From NCBI GenBank assembly GCA_902628305.1, contig CACOMK010000001.1, positions 44,980 to 108,979 on the forward strand: a DNA stretch of 64,000 nt, written 5' to 3'. The stretch's first letter is position 1; each line of letters begins with the position of its first letter. The DNA comes from an uncultured Pelagibacteraceae bacterium. Its GTDB lineage: Bacteria; Pseudomonadota; Alphaproteobacteria; Pelagibacterales; Pelagibacteraceae. The position numbers and the translations under genes are program-made. A model generated the notes under the pieces. The model searched no databases, was not told the DNA's origin, and worked only from the letters and a program-made list of their open reading frames with translations. Positions 38,382 to 50,405 of this stretch are shown piece after piece.

Positions 38382-38822
38382 ATGTCTAATAAAATGGAAA
38401 AGCCATATGTTTTAAGAGCAGCTGAATTTGTTTATTCAAATATTACAAAAATTAAAAATCAAAATCCTGATATTAATAATATTCAAGCATTTGAAATTTT
38501 TATGACTACTAAAGAATATGACATTTTAAGTTCAGGGGAATTTCACGACAAATGGTTTTTAGAGCTCAAGAATAATAAATTTTTTGACCCTATTACTAAT
38601 AAAAAAATAAATGATGAAACTTTAAGACTTTTAGAACTTCAAAAAGATTCTATGATTAAATTTTTGTTAAAAATTCCTAAATTATATTATACCAAAAGTC
38701 ATTTCCCATTAGAAATTTCTCAAAGAGCCTTTGATCATCTATGGAGAATTTGCGAAAGTTACGAAATGTGGTGTAAAGAAACTGACCAAGAAGATCTTAT
38801 ATATCTAAATATTATTGAGTAA
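38382..38822 (+). CDS. Hypothetical protein
   Basis: 146-aa ORF starting 3 nt after the racemase stop. Confidence 0.7.
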   Translation: MSNKMEKPYVLRAAEFVYSNITKIKNQNPDINNIQAFEIFMTTKEYDILSSGEFHDKWFLELKNNKFFDPITNKKINDETLRLLELQKDSMIKFLLKIPKLYYTKSHFPLEISQRAFDHLWRICESYEMWCKETDQEDLIYLNIIE

Positions 38823-39186
38823 GATTATTTGAGTTAAGAATTTTTCGAGTAATATTTATTCTTTTTTTAACTAATTTTTTAAATTCTTGTTCATCAAGTT
38901 TTTTTCGAGTCAATTTTATTCTTCTTTCAACAAGATTCCTAAATTCTTCTTCAAATTCATCTTTTTTATTTTTTTTATTCAACTCTTCTTTAACTAATGT
39001 TAAAGAATTTTTCCCCGTTTTCTTTTTAATACTTTGATCTATAATTAATTGAGCAGTTGCTTTATAAATATTACCAGAAGTAATAACAGTAAAACCAGGA
39101 CCGAGAAATGAGGCAAGAGGTGTAAAACCTGTTAAAAAGAAAAATGATACTATAATCGTAAAAATTTTAAAAAACCTATTGCTCAT
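38812..39186 (-). CDS. Hypothetical membrane-anchored protein with a 20-aa tandem repeat
   Basis: Hydrophobic N-terminus; EEEFRNLVERRIKLTRKKLD / EQEFKKLVKKRINITRKILN. Confidence 0.65.
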   Translation of the reverse strand: MSNRFFKIFTIIVSFFFLTGFTPLASFLGPGFTVITSGNIYKATAQLIIDQSIKKKTGKNSLTLVKEELNKKNKKDEFEEEFRNLVERRIKLTRKKLDEQEFKKLVKKRINITRKILNSNNLTQ

Positions 39187-39289
39187 AAGTAAAATTTAGG
39201 TGATTTGATAATCTTTTTCTATAACTAATTCGTTCATTTTAGGCATTGATTTAATTGATTTTAGTTAATTTATTTGTTTATTAAAACTA

Positions 39290-40138
39290 ATGATTAGAAC
39301 TTTTCCTTTTATATTTATACTATTATGGTCTTCCGCCTTTATAACAACTAAACCTATTATAGATAACAGTGATCCATTTGCTGCACTAGCATTTAGATTT
39401 GCTTTTGTTGCTTTAGGTTTTTTTTTATTTTCTTTTTATTCAAAACAAAAAATTTTAGTTAGTAAAAGAAATTTTTTTGAATCTTTTTTTAGTGGTGTTT
39501 TGTTTCATGGTTTTTATCTTGGTGGTGTATTTTATTCGATTTCAATAGGTATGCCGACAGCAATTGCAGCATTAATTGTAACACTACAACCAGTTCTCAC
39601 AAATGCATTAAGTGGTCCAATCTTAAATGAAAAAGTATCTTCAAAACAATGGATAGGTGTTCTTTTGGGATTTGCTGGTGCAGGACTTGTATTAGGTTTT
39701 GATGTAGGTTCCAACATACCAGCAGCAGGATTAATCGCAACAATCATTGCATTGATAGCAATTACATTTTCAACTTTATGGCAAAAAAAACTGAGTAACA
39801 AATTACCTCTATCTGTAAGCAATATGAATCAAGCGCTTGGTGGATGTATATTTCATTTATTAATAATTATTTTTTTTGTCGATCCGTATATTGATTTCTC
39901 ACAAACATTTATTATAGCAATGAGCCATCAAATATTTTTGGTTTCATTTGGAGCATTTACTATCTTGATGTTTTTAATAAAAAAAAACTCAGCGAGTAAA
40001 ACTGTTTCTATATTTTTCTTAATTCCAACAACATCTGCTTTAATGGCATGGCTCTTCTTAAATGAAAATTTAACTAGGTTAGATTTAATTGGATTTTTAA
40101 TCACCTCTATAGGTGTTTACATTGCAACAAGAGATTAA
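39290..40138 (+). CDS. EamA/DMT-family transporter
   Basis: About 10 TM; [21 protein letters not shown] repeats. Confidence 0.9.
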   Translation: MIRTFPFIFILLWSSAFITTKPIIDNSDPFAALAFRFAFVALGFFLFSFYSKQKILVSKRNFFESFFSGVLFHGFYLGGVFYSISIGMPTAIAALIVTLQPVLTNALSGPILNEKVSSKQWIGVLLGFAGAGLVLGFDVGSNIPAAGLIATIIALIAITFSTLWQKKLSNKLPLSVSNMNQALGGCIFHLLIIIFFVDPYIDFSQTFIIAMSHQIFLVSFGAFTILMFLIKKNSASKTVSIFFLIPTTSALMAWLFLNENLTRLDLIGFLITSIGVYIATRD

Positions 40139-40722
40139 AAAGATTTAAAACCAAACTCTAATGATGCATCAGTGATAGAGTGATAAATAGATTCTCCAAA
40201 ACTCCTTAAAGCAAACAATCTTACTTTGTTTGGATTGTCATTCAACTTGTCAACAGTGATAGTTATTCCATTATAAGTTGAATTCATTGAATTATTTTTC
40301 TCTAGTGTGTTGAAATTAAAAGGGCACCCCTTTTTTAAAACTTCTATTGTCTCTTTTCCCTCAATTTCAATGATAGCTCTTGAATGTGATAAATCTGTAA
40401 TAGCAAAGTCTGTATCTTTAAATTCGTTAAGAATATTTTTAATTAAATCTTTTTTTGTTGATACTAACAACCAGTTTTTTGGTCCATTCCATAATATCCT
40501 TGTGTTATCATTAAATACCACAGTTAAAGGTTCGTTTTTTAGTTTCAAACCATCAACATCGATACCTTCAAATGAAACTGAAGAGTTTTTATACTGAACT
40601 ATTTGAATTATTAGTAAATTTTTATTTTCAGATATTTTTAGAAGATCATTTTCATTTTTACCTTCATAATCTCCAAACTGACCTGTTTTATGAACATTTG
40701 CCAAAGCTGAAATCAAAGTCAT
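40135..40722 (-). CDS. soxG: Sarcosine oxidase/NMG dehydrogenase gamma subunit
   Basis: [21 protein letters not shown]; operon position. Confidence 0.85.
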   Translation of the reverse strand: MTLISALANVHKTGQFGDYEGKNENDLLKISENKNLLIIQIVQYKNSSVSFEGIDVDGLKLKNEPLTVVFNDNTRILWNGPKNWLLVSTKKDLIKNILNEFKDTDFAITDLSHSRAIIEIEGKETIEVLKKGCPFNFNTLEKNNSMNSTYNGITITVDKLNDNPNKVRLFALRSFGESIYHSITDASLEFGFKSF

Positions 40723-43715
40723 GATCTAACCCTTTCACCTTTTGGATCTACATAATGTGATGAAACTATTTCTACTGGGATTACTTTATTTTTAAGAGGT
40801 GACATTACAAATAATTTTTCTCCTATCATATTTTTTCCATCTTTTAATATTGCCAAAGAAAAAGGATTATCATATTCAACGCTCCAACATGATGCTGAGA
40901 TATGCCCTAACTTTGGATTTGGTAAAGGTGCATTAGCATCTTTGACTAAGTGAGACCCTTCCGGAATACTTGTCTTTTTATCTAGTGGAACAACTCCTAC
41001 TACTCTTTGTCTATTATCTGCTGTAAAAGCTACTCGTTGGAGTGATCTTTTTCCAATAAAATCTTTCTTTTTGCTCACAAGACCTTCTAAAGCGTTGTCG
41101 TAAGGTATTGTCCTTCCATCAAGTTCTGATCCAGCAACATGTCCCATTTCAATTCTCAAAGTTGATAATGCCTCTGTTCCATATGGTTGGATTTTAAATT
41201 CTTCACCAACTTCCATAATTTTTTGCCACATAAAGTCACCATTATCAGACTGGACATTAACCTCATATGCGAGCTCACCTGAAAAAGATATTCGAAATAT
41301 TCTAGCTTTTACTCCAAATAAATCTCCTTCCATGTAACCCATAAAAGGAAGTCCTTCATTAGATACATCTAAATTTGGAAATAATTTTTGCAAAACATCT
41401 CTAGATTTTGGTCCCGCAATAGCTGCTCCTGCCCATTGTTCAGTTGTTGAAACAACATTAACATTCAATTCAGGCCATACTATTTGTAAGTAATATTCTA
41501 AATGCGAAAGAACATTTGCTGCTTGCGCCGTTGTTGTGGTCATATGATAGTGATTTTCAGAAATTCTTGTAGTTGTTCCATCATCCATAACAATACCGTC
41601 TTCTCTTAACATTACACCATACCTAGCTTTACCGACTGGCAATTTTAACCAAGCATTAGTATAGACTCTATTTAAAAACTCAGCTGCATCTGGCCCTTTA
41701 ATATCAATTTTACCAAGTGTAGTCACATCACAAACACCAACATTTGTTCTCACATTTTTTGCCTCTCTCTTAGATCCCTCAAATAAATTTTCATTACCCC
41801 TTTTATAATATCTTGGTCTCAACCAAACACCTGCATCTACAAAAACTGCATTATTTTTCTCATGCCAATCATGCATTGGAGATTTCCTTGTTGGTTTTGA
41901 ATGTTTGCCAACTTCTCTTCCTACAATCGCACCAATTGATATAGGTGTATATGGAGGTCTAAAAGTAGTATGACCTACTGCTGGAACAACTTTATTTTCA
42001 ATTTCTGAAACTAGCTGTAAACCATTCAAATTACTTGTTTTACCTTGGTCTGTTGCCATTCCAAGCGTAGTATATCTTTTAACGTGCTCGATTGATCTAT
42101 AACCTTCTCTCAGAGCGATTTCGATATCTGATACAGCTACATCGTTTTGAAAATCTAAAAATCTTTTATAATTTTTTCCTGCTGGTAATGGAACACACCA
42201 AAACTTATCGTGTTTAGAAGATTTTTTTTCAACTACATTTGGAATGCTTACTTCTTTATCATTATCAGTAATTTTTTTTGATAACTCTCTTCCTTTTTGA
42301 AATGAAGTTTTTAGAGTTTCTTCTAAAGAGAATACTCCGTTAGCAGCTCCTAAAGTAGTCTCTTGTTGTTTTGAGGTCCCTGGAACAAATGCATCAATTT
42401 CTTCTTTAAACTTAGTTTTATTTCCTGATTGAGAAGCTAAATGAATAGACGGTGTCCAAAAACCTGAAACACATATACAATCACATGTAATACTTTCTAT
42501 TTTTCCAAGTTGTTTTTTATCATCAGAAATACTAGCTATATCAGCAGATTTTACTTTTTTATATCCTTGTGCTGCAACAACTACATAAGAATTTTTAATA
42601 TTTATTCCTAAACTTTTCGCCTCATCAATAATTTCTGACTCAGGATTTTTTCTTGAATCTAATATTACTGGTTTTACTCCATGCTTTTGAAATTCAATAG
42701 CTGTTTCATATCCACTGTCATTATTTGTAAATATCAATGGATTTTTTCCAACTAAAACTCCATAGACTTTTAAATATTCCTTTGCAGCAGATGAAAGCAT
42801 TACACCTGGCGTATCATTATTTCCAAAAACTATTGGCCTTTCAATAGATCCTGATGAAATTAAAACTTCTTTTGCTCGGATGTACCATAATCTTTTATTT
42901 GGATGATATTTTTTAGTTTTTGGTAAATGATCACTTACCTTTTCAGACATTACAAGCATGTTGTGATCATAATAGCCAAAGATTTGAGATCTATTTTTTA
43001 CCACAACATTTGGCATTGTTTTAAGTTCAGCAATTATTCCTTCGGCCCAATCTTTTCCTGATTGGTTTCCAATATTCACATCATCTGTTAACAAAGATCC
43101 ACCAAATCTTGGTTTGTCTTCTGCTAAAATTACTTTAGCTCCATTTTTTGCAGCCGCATATGCGCTAGACAAACCCGATGGTCCTGAACCAGCTATGAGT
43201 AAATCACAATATTCGTATTTGTGCTCATATCTTTCTTTGTCATGTTTTATAGATGCTACACCTAATCCAGCTGCTTTTCTGATAAATGGCTCATAAATTC
43301 TATACCAAAAGCTTTTTGGCCACATAAATGTTTTATAATAAAATCCTGCAGGTAAAAAAATCTTTAAAAAATTATTGATTGCACCAATATCAAAATTAAC
43401 ACTAGGCCAACAATTTACGCTTCTTGCCTCTAAACCCTCAAAAAGTTCTTGCTCAGTTGCTTTAATATTTGGCTCAGTTTCATTATTCCTATAAAGCTGA
43501 ACTATTGCATAAGGTTCGTCAACTCCTGCTCCAAAAAAACCTCTTGGCCTGTGATATTTGAAACTTCTACCAACTAAATGAACACCGTTTGCAAGCAAAG
43601 CGGATGCTAAAGTATCACCCTCATATCCAAAATATTTTTTTCCATTAAATTTAAATGATAATTTTATATCTCTATTAATTAATCCAACACTATCTAACCT
43701 GAAATCTTGAGACAT
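40719..43715 (-). CDS. soxA: Sarcosine oxidase/NMG dehydrogenase alpha subunit
   Basis: [39 protein letters not shown]; C-terminal GcvT domain. Confidence 0.93.
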   Translation of the reverse strand: MSQDFRLDSVGLINRDIKLSFKFNGKKYFGYEGDTLASALLANGVHLVGRSFKYHRPRGFFGAGVDEPYAIVQLYRNNETEPNIKATEQELFEGLEARSVNCWPSVNFDIGAINNFLKIFLPAGFYYKTFMWPKSFWYRIYEPFIRKAAGLGVASIKHDKERYEHKYEYCDLLIAGSGPSGLSSAYAAAKNGAKVILAEDKPRFGGSLLTDDVNIGNQSGKDWAEGIIAELKTMPNVVVKNRSQIFGYYDHNMLVMSEKVSDHLPKTKKYHPNKRLWYIRAKEVLISSGSIERPIVFGNNDTPGVMLSSAAKEYLKVYGVLVGKNPLIFTNNDSGYETAIEFQKHGVKPVILDSRKNPESEIIDEAKSLGINIKNSYVVVAAQGYKKVKSADIASISDDKKQLGKIESITCDCICVSGFWTPSIHLASQSGNKTKFKEEIDAFVPGTSKQQETTLGAANGVFSLEETLKTSFQKGRELSKKITDNDKEVSIPNVVEKKSSKHDKFWCVPLPAGKNYKRFLDFQNDVAVSDIEIALREGYRSIEHVKRYTTLGMATDQGKTSNLNGLQLVSEIENKVVPAVGHTTFRPPYTPISIGAIVGREVGKHSKPTRKSPMHDWHEKNNAVFVDAGVWLRPRYYKRGNENLFEGSKREAKNVRTNVGVCDVTTLGKIDIKGPDAAEFLNRVYTNAWLKLPVGKARYGVMLREDGIVMDDGTTTRISENHYHMTTTTAQAANVLSHLEYYLQIVWPELNVNVVSTTEQWAGAAIAGPKSRDVLQKLFPNLDVSNEGLPFMGYMEGDLFGVKARIFRISFSGELAYEVNVQSDNGDFMWQKIMEVGEEFKIQPYGTEALSTLRIEMGHVAGSELDGRTIPYDNALEGLVSKKKDFIGKRSLQRVAFTADNRQRVVGVVPLDKKTSIPEGSHLVKDANAPLPNPKLGHISASCWSVEYDNPFSLAILKDGKNMIGEKLFVMSPLKNKVIPVEIVSSHYVDPKGERVRS

Positions 43716-43984
43716 TAAGCAACTTCCTCATCAGCTTTAAAAGTTTTAAATATTTCATGAGTTGCAGTATCTCTCTCTACTTTTATCCATTGTCTACATC
43801 CTGATATATGTTGCCATAACTCTAAATGTTTTCCTCTTAAGCTTTTTCTATTGTAAACAAAGTCGTCCCACTCTTGATCAGAAATTTCTTTGTTTAGTTC
43901 TGGCCTTTTTACACTTGCATCTCCACCATAAGAAAATTCAATTTGTGGTCTCATTCCACAATGTGGGCATTTAATATAGAGCAT
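43715..43984 (-). CDS. soxD: Sarcosine oxidase delta subunit
   Basis: CPHCGMR...EF, WQHISGCRQW, RDTATHEI. Confidence 0.93.
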   Translation of the reverse strand: MLYIKCPHCGMRPQIEFSYGGDASVKRPELNKEISDQEWDDFVYNRKSLRGKHLELWQHISGCRQWIKVERDTATHEIFKTFKADEEVA

Positions 43985-45241
43985 TTATGATATCCAGGTT
44001 TTCGTTCCAAGTCCCTTTTCGTCAATTAAATGACCAGTATTAAATCTGTTTAAACTATATCCTGCATTTAATTCATGAACTCTATCTTGAGCAATTGTAT
44101 GTGCAAACGTCCAACCTGATGCGGGAGTTGCTTTAAAACCTCCATAACACCAACCACAATTTAAATACAAACCATCTATATGAGTTTTATCAATTATAGG
44201 AGATCCATCCATTGACATATCCATTATACCACCCCAGGTTCTAAGCATTTTTAACTTACTTAAAAAAGGCATCATCGCTATACCTTCGGTTAAAACATGT
44301 TGTAAAGTTGGTAGATTTCCTCTTTGTGCGTAACTATTATATCCATCTAGATCTCCACCCATAACCATTTCACCTTTATCTGATTGACTAATATAAAAAT
44401 GTCCAGCACCAAAAGTTACTACGCTATCTAAAACAGGTTTAACTGGTTCTGAAACACATGCTTGAAGAAGATGAGTTTCTATTGGTAAAGTCATATTTAA
44501 TTTTTCAGCTAAAATATTTGTGCTTCCTGCAACACATAAACCAACTTTTTTAGCTTTAATATTTCCACGAGATGTTCGAATACCATTTATTTTTCCAGCA
44601 GAAACATCAAAACCAATTACTTCACAATTTTGAATAATATCAACTCCCATGTCATCTGCTTGACGAGCATAACCCCATGCTACTGCATCATGTCTTGCAG
44701 TTCCTGCACTTGGTTGCATCAGGCCACCAAAAATTGGAAATCTTACATTTTCAGAAAAATCAGCCATTGGAATAATTTCTTTAACCTGTTCTCTATTCAA
44801 AAGAACAGCATCTATTCCATTTAACCTCATTGAATTTCCTCTTCTTGCATAAGCATTCATTTGTGCATCTGAGTGAGCTAGATTAATAATTCCTCTAGGA
44901 GAAAACATTACATTGTAATTTAGGTCTTGACTCATCTTTCTCCATAAATCCATTCCAAATTCACTGAATAATCCGTTTTCGTCATGCATGTAATTAGATC
45001 TGATGATTGTAGTGTTTCGTCCTACGTTTCCACCTCCAATCCATCCTTTTTCGATGATTGCAACTTTTGTAATATTATGTTCTTTTGCAAGATAATACGC
45101 TGTAGCAAGACCATGGCCACCTCCTCCAATAATTACGACATCATATTCCTCTTTTGGTTCTGGGTCCTTCCATGCTAAATCCCAATTTTGATGATTAGAA
45201 AAAGCATTTTTGACTAAATTAAATATAGAATATTTCTGCAT
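43985..45241 (-). CDS. soxB: Sarcosine oxidase beta subunit
   Basis: GGGGHGLATAYYLA, GRNTTIIRSNY, ARHDAVAWGYAR, GGFKATP. Confidence 0.93.
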   Translation of the reverse strand: MQKYSIFNLVKNAFSNHQNWDLAWKDPEPKEEYDVVIIGGGGHGLATAYYLAKEHNITKVAIIEKGWIGGGNVGRNTTIIRSNYMHDENGLFSEFGMDLWRKMSQDLNYNVMFSPRGIINLAHSDAQMNAYARRGNSMRLNGIDAVLLNREQVKEIIPMADFSENVRFPIFGGLMQPSAGTARHDAVAWGYARQADDMGVDIIQNCEVIGFDVSAGKINGIRTSRGNIKAKKVGLCVAGSTNILAEKLNMTLPIETHLLQACVSEPVKPVLDSVVTFGAGHFYISQSDKGEMVMGGDLDGYNSYAQRGNLPTLQHVLTEGIAMMPFLSKLKMLRTWGGIMDMSMDGSPIIDKTHIDGLYLNCGWCYGGFKATPASGWTFAHTIAQDRVHELNAGYSLNRFNTGHLIDEKGLGTKTWIS

Positions 45242-45369
45242 TAGTTAATTTTATAGTAAAGAATCTAAATAGTGCTTATTTTTTTTATATATATTTTTTA
45301 GAAGTTTCCAAAGAACTTAAAAAAGGATATGAAGTCTGCAAGTAAACGTTTTAATTTAAAGGATTTTAA

Positions 45370-47055
45370 ATGAGTGATGTCAAATCAGATATTCAAATAG
45401 CTAGAGAGGCTAAAATGCAACCAATAAATGATGTTTTAGCAAAAATTAATGTACCAGATGAAAGTGCAGCGTTTAGTCCGATGGGGCGACATATTGCTAA
45501 GATAAATTTAGAATATCTAGATACACTTAAAAATAAGCCTGATGGTAAATTGATTTTAGTTACAGCTATTACACCAACACCTGCTGGTGAGGGAAAAACA
45601 ACAACCTCTGTTGGACTTCATGATGGATTGAATAAAATAGGAAAAAAATCAATTGTTTGTTTAAGAGAGCCAAGTTTAGGTCCCTCTTTTGGAATGAAAG
45701 GTGGGGCTGCTGGAGGAGGATATGCTCAGGTAGTTCCAATGGAACAAATTAATCTTCATTTTACAGGAGACTTCCACGCAATAACATCTGCTCATAATTT
45801 ATTATCAGCACTAATTGATAACCATATTTATTGGGGGAATAAATTAGACATCGATGTCAGAAGAGTTGTTTGGAAAAGAGTTATGGATATGAACGATCGA
45901 TCGTTAAGATCAATAAATATTAATTTAGGTGGTGTAGCTAATGGTTTCCCAAGAGAAGATGGTTTTGATATTACTGTCGCTTCAGAAATCATGGCTATTT
46001 TTTGTTTATCAAATGATTTAGAAGATTTAGAAAAAAGAATAGGCAACATTACAATTGCTTACAATAGATCTAAGAAACCAATTTACGCAAAAGATTTAAA
46101 AGCCCAAGGACCTATGACTGTGTTGTTGAAAGACGCAATAAGACCAAATGTAACCCAAACGTTAGAAAATAATCCTGCGATAATACATGGAGGACCATTT
46201 GCAAACATTGCACATGGATGTAATTCTGTAATTGCAACAAAAACTGGTCTAAAACTTGCTGATTATGTTGTCACTGAAGCTGGCTTTGGTGCTGATTTAG
46301 GAGCTGAAAAATTCTTAGATATTAAATGTAGAAAATCAAATTTAAAACCAAGTTGTGTTGTAATAGTTGCAACAATTAGAGCATTAAAAATGCATGGTGG
46401 TGTTGCAAAAGATGATCTAAAAAATGAAAATGTAGATGCTCTTAAAAAAGGGTTGGTTAATTTAGAGAGACATATTGAAAATGTTAAAAAATTTGGTTTA
46501 CCAGTAGCAGTTGCCGTTAATCATTTTATTAAAGATACTGATAATGAAGTAAAAGCTTTAATTGAATTTTGTGACAGCTTAGGTGTGAAAGCAAGTCTTT
46601 GTACTCACTGGTCAAATGGTGGTGAGGGAACTAAAGAACTAGCAGCACACGTTGTAGATCTATGTGAAAAAAATCAGGCTAAATTTAATTTTTTATATGA
46701 GAGTAATACTCCTTTATTTAAAAAAATAGAGACTATTGCAAAAGAAATTTATAGAGCAGATGAGGTAATTGCTGACACAAAAATAAGAGATCAATTGAAA
46801 ACTTTTGAGGATGCTGGTTACGGTGAATTACCTATTTGTGTTGCAAAAACACAATATAGTTTTTCAACAGATCCTAATCTAAAAGGAGCACCAACTGGTC
46901 ACGCTTTACCAATTAGAGAAATAAGACTTTCTTCTGGTGCTGAATTTATTGTAGTCGTTTGTGGAGCTATAATGACAATGCCTGGATTACCACGAGTTCC
47001 AGCAGCTGACTCTATTAAATTAAATGATAAGGGTGAAATTGAAGGACTATTCTAA
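45370..47055 (+). CDS. fhs: Formate-tetrahydrofolate ligase
   Basis: [42 protein letters not shown]. Confidence 0.97.
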   Translation: MSDVKSDIQIAREAKMQPINDVLAKINVPDESAAFSPMGRHIAKINLEYLDTLKNKPDGKLILVTAITPTPAGEGKTTTSVGLHDGLNKIGKKSIVCLREPSLGPSFGMKGGAAGGGYAQVVPMEQINLHFTGDFHAITSAHNLLSALIDNHIYWGNKLDIDVRRVVWKRVMDMNDRSLRSININLGGVANGFPREDGFDITVASEIMAIFCLSNDLEDLEKRIGNITIAYNRSKKPIYAKDLKAQGPMTVLLKDAIRPNVTQTLENNPAIIHGGPFANIAHGCNSVIATKTGLKLADYVVTEAGFGADLGAEKFLDIKCRKSNLKPSCVVIVATIRALKMHGGVAKDDLKNENVDALKKGLVNLERHIENVKKFGLPVAVAVNHFIKDTDNEVKALIEFCDSLGVKASLCTHWSNGGEGTKELAAHVVDLCEKNQAKFNFLYESNTPLFKKIETIAKEIYRADEVIADTKIRDQLKTFEDAGYGELPICVAKTQYSFSTDPNLKGAPTGHALPIREIRLSSGAEFIVVVCGAIMTMPGLPRVPAADSIKLNDKGEIEGLF

Positions 47056-47835
47056 ATTAAGATAATTTAACCAATTCGCTAATTCTCTCATTCTAGACTT
47101 TTTATCTAACTTTTTATTTTCTTCCTCTATTTTTTTAATATGAATATTTATTTCATCCTCGTCTGTAAATGCACCTTTATCCAAAAGTCTTTTTTTTCTG
47201 AAAATAATTAAATTTATCATTTTATTATAAGTTATTTCAGGATGATATTGGAGACCCCAAATATCACAATCACCTACTTTAAAATTGAGTGCTTGCACTT
47301 TGTTAATTGAATTTGAAGCTAATAAAATTGAATTTTTAGGCATTGTTACAACTTCATCAAAATTAAAAGCAGGTGTATTAAATTTTAAACTTTTGTTTTT
47401 ATACAATGGATGTTTTAAACCCCTTCCATTTATTTTTATATCAAATGCAATTCCTTTCTGGGAACCATTTGTACATTTTTTTACCTCACCTCCTGCAGCA
47501 GTCACAGCAACTTGCATTCCCCAACAGATTGCTAAAATTTTTTTAATTTTTTTTTGACACTCCTTCATAAATTCAATTTGCCTTTTTATCTCTGGAGTTG
47601 CGTTGTAAATATTTAAACTACTTCCACCCCATATTAGGCCATCATAACTGCCAAGATTATTGATTATTTTCTGAATATTTTTGTCTGATGAGGGATTTGC
47701 AACATCAATTATTAAATTATCTGTAAAATAGCTTAGACTGTGTTTTAAACTTTCTGTATGTGTTTGAATACCTGCAACAGTGAACTGTTTATTTTCCTCG
47801 GTTGGATTACCTTCAACAATTAAAATTTTTTTCAT
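47047..47835 (-). CDS. Stand-alone class I glutamine amidotransferase
   Basis: AICWGMQ nucleophile and QYHPE His-Glu. Confidence 0.85.
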   Translation of the reverse strand: MKKILIVEGNPTEENKQFTVAGIQTHTESLKHSLSYFTDNLIIDVANPSSDKNIQKIINNLGSYDGLIWGGSSLNIYNATPEIKRQIEFMKECQKKIKKILAICWGMQVAVTAAGGEVKKCTNGSQKGIAFDIKINGRGLKHPLYKNKSLKFNTPAFNFDEVVTMPKNSILLASNSINKVQALNFKVGDCDIWGLQYHPEITYNKMINLIIFRKKRLLDKGAFTDEDEINIHIKKIEEENKKLDKKSRMRELANWLNYLNLE

Positions 47836-48992
47836 TTGAATAATTCTCCAGAAATACTTTTTTTATACATTTCTTTTAAATCTTGCTTACTTATTTCTTT
47901 TGGGTTACCTCCTGTTGATGGGTCTTCATATGCCATCAAGGATAGTTCTTCTAAATCAATATTACTACAATCCATAACTTCTGATAATTTATGTGGAATA
48001 TTCAAATTATTTCTTAATTTTAAAATCCAATCTAAAAAACTATCAAAACTTTTATCTAAGTTAAGATAATCACAAATAGAAATTATCTTATTTTCAATTG
48101 AAGGTTTATTAAATGTTAACACATATGGCATAAATATTGCATTAGACAATCCATGGTGTACGTTAAATTTACCATTTACTGGGTGGCTCAATGAGTGAAT
48201 TGCTCCAAGTCCTTTCTGAAATGCAGCTGAACCCATTGATGCAGCAGCAAGTAAATCCATTCTAGCATTAACGTCATTTCCATTTTTAAAAGCTTTTAGT
48301 AAAGAATTTTTTATTAGTTTCATTCCCTCTATTGCTATACCGTCAGCCATTGGATGATATCCACGTGCACAGAAGGCCTCTAAATTATGAGCTAATGCAT
48401 CCATTCCGGTTGCAGCGGTTAATCTCGGAGACAAATCTATAGTGAGCAAAGGATCTAAAATTACGATTGAAGGTAACATTTTTGGGTGAAAAATAATTTT
48501 TTTTGCACCAGTATCTTTATTAATTATTAAAGACGCTCGTCCTGTTTCAGATCCTGTGCCAGCTGTAGTTGGAACTGCAATTATTTTTGAAATTTTAGAA
48601 TCATCAGCTCTTTTCCATTGATCACCAATATCTTCAAAGTCCCATAAAGGTCTTGATTGATTGCACATAAATGCTATTGCTTTTCCAACATCTAAACCAC
48701 TTCCACCTCCTAAAGCTATTACACCATCGCAACCCAGAGTATTGTAAACTTTAACTCCTTCTTCAACATTTTCACCAATTGGATTTCCCGTAAAATTAGA
48801 AAAAGTAGAAAGATTTTTAAAATTTTTTTTTAAACTTATTATTATATTTTTTATAATTTCTAAATTTATTAAATCTTTATCGGTTACAAATAGTGGGTTT
48901 GAAATGTTTAGCTCTTTACAAGCTAAGAATAGATCCTCTATTCTATTCTCACCTATCCACATCGTGGTGGGATAATTCCAATTAATGCCCAT
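47832..48992 (-). CDS. Iron-containing alcohol dehydrogenase
   Basis: GGGSGLD, PTTAGTGSE, GMDALAHNLE, GAIHSLSH, HHG. Confidence 0.92.
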   Translation of the reverse strand: MGINWNYPTTMWIGENRIEDLFLACKELNISNPLFVTDKDLINLEIIKNIIISLKKNFKNLSTFSNFTGNPIGENVEEGVKVYNTLGCDGVIALGGGSGLDVGKAIAFMCNQSRPLWDFEDIGDQWKRADDSKISKIIAVPTTAGTGSETGRASLIINKDTGAKKIIFHPKMLPSIVILDPLLTIDLSPRLTAATGMDALAHNLEAFCARGYHPMADGIAIEGMKLIKNSLLKAFKNGNDVNARMDLLAAASMGSAAFQKGLGAIHSLSHPVNGKFNVHHGLSNAIFMPYVLTFNKPSIENKIISICDYLNLDKSFDSFLDWILKLRNNLNIPHKLSEVMDCSNIDLEELSLMAYEDPSTGGNPKEISKQDLKEMYKKSISGELFK

Positions 48993-49069
48993 TAAAAAAT
49001 ATAATTTTATTTTTTTTAAAATTCTTAGTAAGATATATTTATAAATTTATTAATGATAGGAAAAATTCT

Positions 49070-50401
49070 ATGTCAAAAGTAGCAATCATAGGTGCTGGTC
49101 CTTGTGGACTTTCAATTTTAAGAGCATTTGAACATTTAGAAAAAAAAGGAGAAAAAATTCCTGAAATAGTTTGTTTTGAAAAACAAGAAAGTTGGGGTGG
49201 ACTATGGAACTACAACTGGAGAACTGGCTCTGATCAATATGGAGATCCTGTTCCTAATAGTATGTATAGATACTTGTGGTCTAATGGACCAAAAGAGTGT
49301 TTAGAATTTGCTGATTACTCTTTTGATGAACATTTTGGAAAACCAATTCCTTCTTTTCCTCCGCGTGAAGTCTTGCAAGATTATATTTTAGGAAGAGTAA
49401 GTAAAGGAAATATAAAAAGTAAGATTAAATTTAATACTCGAGTTACTAACACAATTTATAAAAATGATAAGTTTGAAATTAGCTATCAGGATAAAGTTAA
49501 TAATAAAATTGTAAATGATACATTTGATTATCTTGTAGTTTCCACGGGTCATTTTTCTGTTCCTTTTATACCTGAATATGAAGGTATGAATTCTTTCCCA
49601 GGAAGAATAATGCACTCACATGATTTTAGAGATGCTGAAGAATTCAGAGGTAAAAATGTTATTGTTCTCGGAAGCAGTTATTCAGCTGAAGATGTGGCTC
49701 TACAATGCAATAAGTATGGTGCTAAAAGTGTAACTATTGGATACAGGCATAACCCAATGGGATTTAAATGGCCAAAAGGTATGAAAGAGGTTCATTACTT
49801 AGATAGGTTAGAAGGAAAAAAAGCCATATTTAAAGATGGAACAGAGCAAGATGCTGATGTAATTATTTTGTGTACAGGCTATCTTCATCATTTCCCATTT
49901 CTAGATGAAAGTTTAAAATTAAAAACACATAATAGATTATATCCACCAAAACTTTACAAAGGTGTTGTGTGGCAAGATAATCATAAACTTCTATATTTAG
50001 GCATGCAGGATCAGTTTCACACATTTAATATGTTTGATTGTCAAGGATGGTATGCAAGAGATGTGATCATGGGAAAAATCAAAATGCCTACTGATGAAGA
50101 AATAAATGAAGACATAAATAAATGGGTTTCAATGGAAGAAAAATTAGAAAATCCTGATCAAATGATTGATTTTCAAACAGAATATACCAAAGAGCTTCAT
50201 GATATGTCTGATTATCCTAAAATAGATTTTGAATTAATTAGAAAACATTTTAAAGAATGGGAACATCATAAAGTAGAAGACATTCTAACTTATAGAAATA
50301 AATCGTTTTCGTCTCCTGTAACTGGATCTGTTGCACCAATCCATCACACACCTTGGGAAAAAGCGATGGATGACTCAATGAAAACTTTTTTAAATAAATA
50401 A
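49070..50401 (+). CDS. tmm: Trimethylamine monooxygenase (bacterial FMO)
   Basis: GAGPCG, WGGLWNYNWRTG, SMYRYLWSNGPKECLE, FPGRIMHSHDFR, GSSYSAED. Confidence 0.92.
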   Translation: MSKVAIIGAGPCGLSILRAFEHLEKKGEKIPEIVCFEKQESWGGLWNYNWRTGSDQYGDPVPNSMYRYLWSNGPKECLEFADYSFDEHFGKPIPSFPPREVLQDYILGRVSKGNIKSKIKFNTRVTNTIYKNDKFEISYQDKVNNKIVNDTFDYLVVSTGHFSVPFIPEYEGMNSFPGRIMHSHDFRDAEEFRGKNVIVLGSSYSAEDVALQCNKYGAKSVTIGYRHNPMGFKWPKGMKEVHYLDRLEGKKAIFKDGTEQDADVIILCTGYLHHFPFLDESLKLKTHNRLYPPKLYKGVVWQDNHKLLYLGMQDQFHTFNMFDCQGWYARDVIMGKIKMPTDEEINEDINKWVSMEEKLENPDQMIDFQTEYTKELHDMSDYPKIDFELIRKHFKEWEHHKVEDILTYRNKSFSSPVTGSVAPIHHTPWEKAMDDSMKTFLNK

Positions 50402-50405
50402 AAAA

